A stretch of 64,000 nt of DNA from Thalia democratica (Eukaryota): positions 33,480,001 to 33,544,000 of the forward strand of contig OZ241829.1 of the NCBI GenBank assembly GCA_965202585.1, in the 5' to 3' direction. Numbering within the stretch: position 1 is the first letter of the stretch; each line of letters starts with the position of its first letter. The notes beneath the pieces were generated by a model, which saw only the letters and a list, made by a program, of their open reading frames with translations, searched no databases and was not told where the DNA came from. Positions 46,501 through 56,416 of this stretch are shown here, in pieces. Both the position numbers and the translations under genes were made by a program.

Positions 46501-49500
46501 AATTAAACATATAGAGAAAAAAATCAGCAGTTTCATAAACAAAACTCAAATAAATGCAAACTTTTTCGTGGTAGGTGAGCGACACGTTGCTGCACTGCTG
46601 TGTGACGTCATAGGTGTACATTGTGCCGTTGTTATGGGAGGCTAGCAACAGCTTGTCGTTGCCAGGGTACCACTTGACGCAGGTCACCCTTGACTTGTCC
46701 ACTGACCGCTGTTTAAAATGAATACATAATAATTGTTTTTTTGTTAATTTCTAATTTATTAGAAATCATTTTCTAGTTTTTTTGAAATAATACTTTTCAT
46801 AGCTCAAATATAATTGTCAAATGATCTTGTATGACTATGAATTGAATACACAACGATTTAAATTCTGAAATTTCAAATTTTAATTATTGTAATTTATATA
46901 CTTTAGTAAACATTTATTACTACACAATCTTGTCAATTAGACCTTCTGGTACACTTCTTGTTTTATTTAAGTTCTTGTTAACTTTAAACAAATAGTTTAT
47001 AAAATAATTTACAACAATTTTAATGTTTAATTAACTATAAGTTTTAAGTACGCACTTCCAGATAAATATGCATTCTGAGTACACATATTTTGACAAGTAC
47101 GCATTTTAGTACGAACTTCTTATTCAGTACAAATTTTTGAACCAAAATAAAAACTTTCTGTCAGACTTCTTTTTATCTAGACTAGTAACTTTTAGCTACA
47201 AACGTTCTATTGAATAGCTGCTGTGTTCAGAATGTGCACTTCAGCGAAAGATAACTTTGATAAGTAATTGAAATGTTAAATAAATAATATAAATCTAATT
47301 ATTAAAAATTTTGCAATGAACTAAATATACTTTTTCTCACTGCTTACCTCTTTGCAAATAATCTCTAAAAGTCACAAATGTGAAGTAAACTACTGGCAAT
47401 TAATTTCCAATTAAAATACTTAAATTAAACCATAATTAGTTCTGCTAAACGAAAAATTATGTAAAATAAATTTTTGAGTAAATATCAAAGTTTTACTATA
47501 GAAGTGTCCTTGATCATCGATACTAAAAAGATTACATACAACAACTACTTGTTCAAAGCAACCTGTTTCTACTTTAATGGTTCAACATGTTTCTGGAAAA
47601 AATTCGCAATTTTAGTCTGACTTTATTAAGGATTTTCTTATCTAATTTTACCATTTGAAAGCTTTGGAATTTAATGGTTATAAAGCAAATTTCTAAGAAA
47701 ATTTTGCAACTTTAGTCTTACTTTAAAGGGCTAATGTTAACTTTTACCGTTTTAAGGTTTTGAAAATTAAGGAATTTAAAAATTAGAACTGACAAATTCT
47801 GACATTTTGCCATTTTGACCTAAAAAAGCTGACTTTTGGTCATTTAGACCCCAAAAAACTGACTTAGCCTGATTTAGCCAGACCCGTGGCAACCCTGTTT
47901 TAGTCAAACGTTTTTATCCCAAATTGATGAAAAGGTAAACAGCAATACTAAAAATTTTGCTCAAAAGTATAAATAAATTATAGCAAAAAAAGTTATTAAT
48001 AAAAAATACATTTTGCATTTTTTAAGTTTGAAAAAACTATCTTATAAAACTGCTTTATTTCTAAGAAGGGTTTGCATGCAACATATTTACTTAATTTAGT
48101 GAATTATTGCTAACATTTCAATTTGCTTTTGTATAGTTTACTGTCATAATTCCTTATAATTTTGCACATAACGGTGAAATTATTATTATTCAACTTCAAT
48201 AGAAACTTCGAATAACTCAGATGATTTCACACTACAAAACGTATATATAGATGTTTACAATTAAAGATTTATATAGCTGAACGAGATTTTACAGATAATC
48301 TTGAAAAAATTTTGAACCGTTTTAAGTTTTTCATCTTTTAAAATAACAAGTGATTATATAATTTAAAAAGATAATAGTTAAAAACACAAAATTAAATGAC
48401 ATAAAACTTAAATAAATTAAGGTTAAATAAACATAATGTCAATTACAGTTCAGTATTCACTCTACCTCTACTACCTCATACTAAAGACAAAAAAACCTCT
48501 GACTCACTTTTTACTAATAAAAATCTGATTAGTTGATATTAAATCAAATAAATTTAATTTTTTAATTTGAAAATTGGAAACTTTAAATTTTTTTATATAA
48601 AGAATTTGACATCTTTAAGTTATCAATAAAAGAATAAAAAATGGTCAGCTGAGGTATTTTTCAAATTTAAAAGAGAAAACAAATTAAAGCTGTAATATTT
48701 TCAAATTACCTCAAGCAATATACTACAAACGTATCCCAAATTTACAGTTTCGCAAAACAAACTAAAACGCAAAAGGAAATCAGGCAACTTATGTTAACAA
48801 AAATCTTATTAAGTGTAGCTCTCTGCGTTTACACTCAAATCAATAAAACTCGAGCTCAACACAAGCGCATTCTTAGTACACATTTTCAGCCGTGCTCCTT
48901 ACATCTGTGCAAAGCTAATCAATACATCAACAAAGGCGACACTGATTTATTGCATTGTGACACATCACACTGCGAACCAGGTTGAAATCAGATCGCAAAA
49001 TGACTGATTTCGGTGTCAACGAAAAAACATTGGCAAATTTCTAGTCACAATACACAGCTTTGTCATAAATAATTCAGGCGCAATCAAAGCATCTGCTTAT
49101 TTATATCAAGCTCTCGCCTCCCAAAAGTCGTGCAACAAAGTTTTTGATATTTGAACGAGCAAGCTGTTTTGATTTAATTCTTGAATGGGCTCCCAAAACG
49201 GGTGGGCTTTTTTTTCTTAAGACAAAGCATTAAGCATTAGAGAAAGCTTATAAATTAAAACAAACTGTCAGGTTCTTATTGAATGTTTTACAGTTTTAAT
49301 GCGATTTACAAAGAAATACTTTAAAAGGTTGTTAAATATTATTTAACATATAATTTTTTAAATTAAAAACATTAAAATTATAGATTAAGGACTTATTTAT
49401 AAAAAACTAAAAGTAAAAAGAAAGCCAAAGCATCATTATCAGTTTTTCACTATAACAAAATTATTTAAATTTATCATGTTTATTCAATATACTATACACA

Positions 49501-52500
49501 ATACATAAATTACTAAGAAAGTAAATAATCAATATAACTAAATCGTTAATTGATTTTTTTAACTTTAAATCAAAAACACATGTTTGTAAATATTATTTTG
49601 TTGAATAATAATATTAAATTAGCAGTTACTTAACATAAATTTTATACCGCAAAAAATTAATTATTTCAAATTTAATCTAAAAATATGTTTTTAACTGATT
49701 CCATTCAAACTACAAAAATATGTTTAAAAATTGTTTTGGAAAATTACTACATAATGCTAATAGTCTAAAATTTATTTAGACTCTAGTTATTATAAAAATT
49801 ATTAATGAGCTTTTCATATTTCATTTAGATTTGTTTATACAGGCTATTTAAGCAAAAACAAGAAAGTAGGCCAACAAAACAGTTAAAAAACCACACACAC
49901 AACAACACAGTCCACGCTGAAAAATTTTAATCAAAGGACACAGAAAATTACAACCGAAAAGCGAATTTCCAACAAAAAAAAGCAAACTAAACCACTAACG
50001 TCTTCGTTCATGATGTGGAGGCTGCTCTTCGTCTTCACGTCGATTATCTGCACCTGCCCTGCCGTGAACCCCACCGCCACCCTGACCGACGTGCCGCTCG
50101 CAGTGTGCTGGTTGATGTCGTGACAGGTGGGCGCCACCCCGCGGTACGTCCGCTTGTCTATGAAGTCCAACTGCTGGTTCTCCTGATCGGTTGATATTTG
50201 AACTTAAAGTAGTGAGATTGAGTTTAAATTTATACGTTTATCTTTATTTTTGTGATAAAATTTTTTAACGAAAAAATTTTTAGAGATGAACTACTGCAAA
50301 GTGGTAATTATTTCAATAACATTAACATTAAATGAAAATTTTTTGAAACAGTGAAAAATGTTTGAATAAAAAATGACCGCTTTTATATGAAGTCCAATTG
50401 CTGATTTTCCTGATTGATAATATTTGAACTTATAATGGTAAAACCTATTTAAAATCGTAAAGGCTTGGAGAAACTTTCATGGTGCTATATGCATCACTAA
50501 AACATATGTTTTTATTTTTATAATGAAGATTTGAAAAAGGAAAAGTTTTTAGAGATGAAATACTACTAAGTGGTATTTATTTCGTAAACATGGAATAACT
50601 AAATATTTTTTGAGACTATGAAAAATTTGAAAATAATAAGTTAGAATTCGAAATTTTTAATTTTACAATGCATTAGACAAGTAAAATTACTTTGGTTAAA
50701 CTATTTTAAATTCTTGAAATATGTAACTAATATTATAACGTGCAAACAAACTTTCATAGTAACTATTCTGAAGAATGCATACAGAAAAATTAAATTTATT
50801 GTAATATAAAGTAAACCGTTCGTTTTTTTTTTTTAACTTCTAATTAATACACACTAAACATGCTGTTAGATTATTTTTGAGTAAAACTTTGTACATTTAA
50901 CTTATAAAGTATTTTTTAAAGTCTTAAAATAACCCATTTTCGTTCAAATTAATATTATCTTAGCTTTCGCAGTACTTTTTATGTTTTGCATAGTTATTTG
51001 TAGTTTATTGATTGCTATTTTGTAGTTTACTTCTATTATTTGTGCTTGATTGATTAGTTTTTAAAATAAAATTTTATTTTCATAAAAGAATTACTTTAGT
51101 TTAATTAAAGCAATACTTAGTAAATTTAATTTTTCAAAAAGGTTTTATTTGTAACTAAATGGTAATTTAACACATTTTAAGTCTTCCAATACATTTTATT
51201 AATTATTAGAGCTATCCAGACCTTTTTAAAAGCACACTAAACCATTATGTTTAAAACAAAAAATTAAACAGTACACAATATTTTACTTTCTAATTTAACC
51301 CTAAAACGGTCAAACTACTTAAAAAAGTGTGTATTATTTTCAAACCAGCAAAATAACAAAATACATTAACAGTGTATTTAAAAGTATAAGAAGAACAAAA
51401 TTAAATAACTAACTATTTTTGAGACCATAAAAAGTATATTAGTAAAAAGTAAAATAAAATTCAATAAACGAAATAAAGTAGCATCAACAAAAAAAATCAA
51501 TTGAACTTAAAAAATCATATTCTTAACTCTAAAATTCAACTACTACCTGCTGTATTGCTTTATGCAAAAAATAGAAAAGTTCTCGGCCAATAGTGAGGCA
51601 AATACAGTCTTCTTCTCCGTTCCCATTGTCAATTTTGACAAATGAGGTCTTTACTGGAGTGGAATTTGAAGCTGTGACCTTTAAAAACATGTTAACAGTG
51701 ATATTTTTTAACGGTCATTGTAGTATATCAAAGACAATATAGCATACTTTTAGAGCAAGTTTATAAAGGACAACTTTCCTATAGATTTAGTGAAAGCAGT
51801 GATAATAATAATTTACTAAATATTGATATAATTTTTATACGTTTATCTAATCTTAATTTCTGAGAAGACCTTATGCAAACAGGTTTTAAGTTTTAAAATT
51901 CAGGGATGTAAAGTATTTATTAAACGTTGGTATTTGTAAAATTCTGCTTAGTGGCAAATATGTAAATGAATTTTAGAAACCCAGATTCCAAATTCAACAC
52001 TCTATGAATATGTGTGGACAGGTATAAAATATTAAAAATTACTGAAAATATACCTAATTTTAATTTTTGGCCATATTTACTTAAGTTATAAGTTTATAAA
52101 AAAGAGTAATGATGTATTTGCTAAAATCATTTCATATAAATTATTATTGGAAAAAATATTATAAAAATTTTTGGAAAAAAATTCTTTCTTGAAAACTTTA
52201 TTTTTAAACTTTTCAACTAACTGGTAAATGTTAGAATGTTCTTAAATAATTTTAAAATATAGCACATTTCATAACTAAAATTTTTTAATCTATTTATTTT
52301 ATTACAACAAAATTCAATACAGAATTTTCACTAAAACTTAAGAAAAAAAATACAATATTGGAAAACAAAACTCTTTTTTTTTCACAATAAGGCACTTTTG
52401 TCCAAACTTTTTCTTTTAAGTTGTTATAGTCATTTTTACTTGATAGTTTTTACAATTTATTTAACATAGCATAGATAAATAATGTTTTTATAACAACTTA

Positions 52501-53169
52501 TTTCTGTTACTTACTAAAACTATACTTCAAACTTTAAAACATTTTTTTTGCTATTGTTTTTAGTAAAATAAACTTTTAATAAAATAAAAAAACAATGACA
52601 ATAATTTATTTAAATTCATCAAGACTTTTAATAAAATTGTTTATACATTTTAAAATGATGAATTGAATAAAATTACATTGTAATAAAGTATATTTTTTAA
52701 TAACTTTTACAAAGTAGTAAAACTTAAATCATCTCTAATTTTCTTTGGTTTATTTATGTAACATAACTTCAGTGATTTTTTAACTATAACTTTGATATGT
52801 AAACTCTACAAAATAACCTTAAAAAACTTGGAAATATGGAAAAATTAAAAACACACTTGAAACTATTTAGCTTATAAATCAAAATCTCAAGTTTTTTTCA
52901 TACTTTATAAAAACTAATAGTCAAGTTTATTATATAAATGACAACAGATGGTCAAATATTAAACTTATTTTTGTGATAAAACATTTGCAATTTATTAAAA
53001 ACTAAAAATTTTCAGACAAAAACAAAAAACTTACTGTCTGCTGTGAACTTGAGTACTGTGGAGTTTTTCCATAAAAGCTTTCAGCGAGATGCATTATTTT
53101 GTACTTTCCTTCTCTAGTAGTGAAATGTGACTTCACCTGGTTATTTTTTCCAGCATTGTCTTGTGCCAT
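37550..53169 (-). CDS. WDR20: WD40-repeat protein WDR20/DMWD orthologue (USP12/USP46 activator family), 8 coding exons, ~656 aa
   Basis: Motifs [79 protein letters not shown] and LEPIVCKKIA are characteristic of WDR20/DMWD. Phase-0 GT-AG introns throughout. Confidence 0.92.
37790..38200. promoter_or_regulatory. CpG-rich non-coding island, candidate cis-regulatory module or internal promoter
   Basis: GC/CpG-elevated, no coding match; tandem atcaattagc, two cagctg E-boxes, (TA)n tract. Confidence 0.35.
40246..40586. mobile_element. hAT MITE in WDR20 intron 7
   Basis: caggggtcggca...ttccgactg with perfect 8-bp TSD ttatagaa. Confidence 0.85.
41087..41496 (+). mobile_element. MITE family B copy
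   Basis: cagggttgccac...gtggtaaccctg; flanks ctaagt/ctaaat. Confidence 0.88.
41955..42131 (-). CDS. WDR20: WDR20 exon 7 (EEVMSLGSELCPR...QLWRRPE)
   Basis: gacacag acceptor; GAG|gtgact donor (alternative donors lie just downstream). Confidence 0.88.
44498..45442 (-). CDS. WDR20: WDR20 exon 6 (NGFLRVFD...GSREAVK)
   Basis: ttttttag acceptor, AAG|gttgtt donor; ORF 44432-45433. Confidence 0.93.
46036..46278 (-). CDS. WDR20: WDR20 exon 5 (...NPLYKWVV...FSPCGKYLAVVTQ)
   Basis: tgacag acceptor, gtaatt donor; 81 open codons; absent from the ORF track. Confidence 0.92.
46562..46708 (-). CDS. WDR20: WDR20 exon 4 ([13 protein letters not shown]...)
   Basis: taaacag acceptor, gtttgc donor. Confidence 0.92.
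48790..49210. promoter_or_regulatory. GC-elevated intronic island, candidate enhancer
   Basis: tgatttat, aacaaag x2 and atcaaag motifs in otherwise very AT-rich WDR20 intron 3. Confidence 0.3.
50000..50182 (-). CDS. WDR20: WDR20 exon 3 ([15 protein letters not shown]...IMNED)
   Basis: gatcag acceptor, gttagt donor. Confidence 0.92.
50150..50640. repeat. Diverged tandem duplication (period ~227 bp) spanning the WDR20 exon 3 acceptor
   Basis: Units start ccgctt at 50150 and 50377; shared blocks tgaagtccaa, atatttgaactta, tttttagagatgaa. Confidence 0.85.
51547..51678 (-). CDS. WDR20: WDR20 exon 2 (PVKTSFV...ICLTIGRELFYF)
   Basis: tttaaag acceptor, CAG|gtagta donor. Confidence 0.9.
53035..53169 (-). 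CDS. WDR20: WDR20 exon 1 ([24 protein letters not shown]...)
   Basis: ATG at 53169; donor gtaagt; tttcag acceptor at 53246-53247 in the 5' leader. Confidence 0.9.
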
Positions 53170-54932
53170 AGTATGAACAATTTCCAACCTCAAGCATGAA
53201 CCTCAAGAACATAACTAAAACACCTCAAAATAATTATGTTTTAATCTGAAAATTCAAATTTTTTTGAATGTGCACTAAAATTAACTTTTTTGGATTAGGT
53301 TACAGTATATTTGATGATTGGAGATAGGTATAAACAATATACATAACAGCATTTTTTATTACACTAACTCAAACTAATTTTTCTAACACACTATAACTGT
53401 GTTGTATATGTTTGAAAACTTCATTAAGTTCTTTGCTAAATAAACTTTTGCTTTGATAATTGTCAGCAACACAATAGTTGATTTGTATTCAAATAGTTAC
53501 ATATTTATTTTTTTAACTAATTTTATTCACAAACAAAAACCGTTTTATACAGTAATACTTTTATAGTAACAGAACTCAACAGTTTAAAATAAAAAAAAAC
53601 TACATTTTATTTATAATCTGTTTTATTTAAAAGTTTTTATTTTATAACATTAGTAATCTTAAAATGTTTCTTGTTTCATGAACTTAATTATCTATATTAA
53701 TTAAAATGAAATTAATTCTAAAACGCTTGATAGAAAAAATAATAAACACAAAAGTAGAGAATAAGTTTTTGATAAATATTGTAAAAGAAGAATTTATGTT
53801 ATTACTTAGCAATCAACTTACAATAATAATTTACAATAATAAACGATGAAGAAATTTAAAATTTAGAATGAACATGAAAAAAAAAACTAAATGTATACAC
53901 TGCAGACAAGAAAAATATTTTTTTATTGGTAACCAGAAAGACAACATTCTAGTGCATAAAGACCAGTCAAAATCAAAAAGTTTTGTCTACAACCAAATTT
54001 ATGTCAGTTGGCAGGTTTCTCATTAAACTAAATTCTGATATCTTAAACATTTTTAAACTTTTAACTGTACAATTATAAGTAAAGAATATTCTGATAATTA
54101 TTTATTTCAAAACTGTAGAAGATATATTTTTAATGAAATAGTCTTTTATTGACTTTTTATTTTGGCCCTTTAATAAGGATTCTACTAAACTTTATGACTG
54201 TGTCCCTTCATATATAAAAATAAAATACATTACAAGAAATAATAAAAAACAACTTTTAGTTAAGTTTAAGTTCTTTAAAATAAAATCAACATGAAAAAAG
54301 TGCTTTAACCCCCCTCTGCCCTTAATATAAGCTTAAATCCTTTTAAAAACTTCAAATCAAGCTAAAATACCTAAAACCACACGAAATTTGAGAAGAAACT
54401 ATTTGAAAGTCAAAAAAAACTAGTCTGGGATTTAGTAAAAATATCCAAATTATCCTAATCTGGCCCGTTTTCAAAAAAAATTAAACTAGCCTTAGTATTC
54501 CTGAGTAGCCTGTGTGTGTAGCAATCTTAAATAGTATAGATACTTTTCAAATCAATCAAATTTTTAAATAAAGTTAGCTTTGTAAAAAAATTTACAATTC
54601 AAACATATGGAAATGAATTTTTGATAAAACATTTTCTCAGAATTTTTAAAATTTGCTAGAAGCATATCTCCTATTACACTTTAAAAGCAATCTAAAATGT
54701 CAGAAAATGTTTGTTTCAAAACTACTAAGAACTTGAAGAAAGCAGATTTTTTCTATAAAAAAGTATAAATTTTATGACAAAAATTGTAAAAAAAACAACC
54801 TTTTTGTTAACTTTTTTTTTTAGTTTAAAATAAGTTTTCTAGAAATTATTCAAAATTTATTTAAAACTATTTTTTTTTAAATGCTCAAAAACTGTAGAAG
54901 GGTTAGATTTTTAGTAAAAATTTTAGAATACT

Positions 54933-56032
54933 CAGGGTTGCCGAAGGTTTTTTGAAAGTTTTATCCAGGTTTTCTAAATTTCTTCCAAGTTTATTAAAAA
55001 ACAAGTTTTTGATCTATTTATAGTACAAAATTAAATTTAAGGTAAAAAATTGTCTTAAGGCCATAGGGGGGGGGGGGGTCCACTTTGTTTTTTACAACTT
55101 GATCTTATTTTGTAGAATTTAATCTGAGCTATCAGACACTTTTAACTGCTTAAAAAAACTCGAAGTAATTTTTGAGATATAAGCGATCAAAGAAAGGGCA
55201 TTCAATAGGTTCCTTATCGAAGGTGAAAACTAAAAATGCAAAAAAAGACTATTTCACTAAAAATCTATCTCCTCCTTCATTTTTTGAGTAATCTTTCTCA
55301 AATTTTTACAGAATGTGTATCATTAAACTTTAAAGAGATCTATTGTAGGAATTTTTTTAATTTTGAGTAAAAAAAAAATTATTGTCAAAAAACTACCCTT
55401 TTTTTTAGTTTTTTGTGGATAAAATTTTTATTTTTCAAAATTTCAAAAATTCCAACAATAGATCTCTTTAAAGTATTAAAAGGAACATTTCCTGAAAATT
55501 TGAAGTCTCTAGGTCAAAAAATGAAGGAGGAGATAGGTTTTTAGTGAATTTTAAAATTTTCGAGAAAATTGACCCCGAAAAATTTGCGGTCCATACGTTT
55601 ATATTGGAAAATTTTTACAAAAAGTTAAATATCTTAAAAGTTAAATGATATTTTTGAATTCTATAAAAACTGGCTTATAGTTTGTACTTTAAGCTTTCAT
55701 ATAAAAGCCAAAGTTAATTTAAGTAAAAAAAAATGTTGGACCCCCCCCCTATGGCCTTAATTAGTATAATAACTTTGAAAAGATGCTGTAAAGCTACTCA
55801 AAATGTGTTTCAAACAAAAAAAATTCAATGATAAAATATTTTATTTTTCTATATGATAGATTTTTGGTATCTTTGAAATTTTATTGCTCAAGATGTAAAA
55901 ATTATTCGGAATTTTTTGGTTTTTTAAGCTTTTCTGGTGGTTTTTGTTTGAAAATCTATGTTTTTACAGGTTTTATTCAAAATTTCTTAAATACCAGGTT
56001 TTTCAAGGATTCCAGGTTTTTTGACCACCCTG
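54933..56032 (+). mobile_element. MITE family A copy interrupted by a nested TTAA element
   Basis: cagggttgccg...gaccaccctg; core sequence resumes across 55059-55756. Confidence 0.8.
55059..55756. mobile_element. Kolobok-like non-autonomous element (TTAA TSD)
   Basis: TIRs ggccatag(G)nttc/cca...tgga(C)ntatggcc; TTAA on both sides; ~100-bp internal inverted repeat (about 55252-55355 and 55445-55550). Confidence 0.8.
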
Positions 56033-56169
56033 ATACAATAGTGAAAAGGAAAAAATTTTTTATTGTTCTTAAGCTTTTTATTTAAAACAAAGATACCAGT
56101 TTTTTTTTAATAACTTTTAAAATATAACAATTAAAGTTTTGTCTATGCCATGACATTAAACTGATAGTC

Positions 56170-56416
56170 GTTTTTTTGCTGGACTAAATCAGACTGGACA
56201 AAATTTTCAGCTTGATATTTGGCTAAAAATACAGTAAGTTCAAACAAACTAAAATGGAAAATTTTGAAATAAACAAAAAAAATTAGTGGACAATTTTAAA
56301 ATAATTAAACCAAAAAATGCACCATTAAAAGAAATATTAAATAGAAATAAAAACATTAAAAATATTAAATAAAATAGAAAACTTTCTCCAGTCTGATTTT
56401 ATCCAGCAAAAAAAAC
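56170..56416. repeat. Inverted repeat of ~38 bp (MITE-like)
   Basis: ttttgctggactaaatcagactgga versus tccagtctgattttatccagcaaaa. Confidence 0.65.

Noticed and set aside
10905-53034. Non-GT-AG or U12 introns, or an altered genetic code
   Set aside because: All 28 introns resolve as GT-AG with consistent phase, none has the U12 (G/A)TATCCT donor, and exons translate with the standard code.
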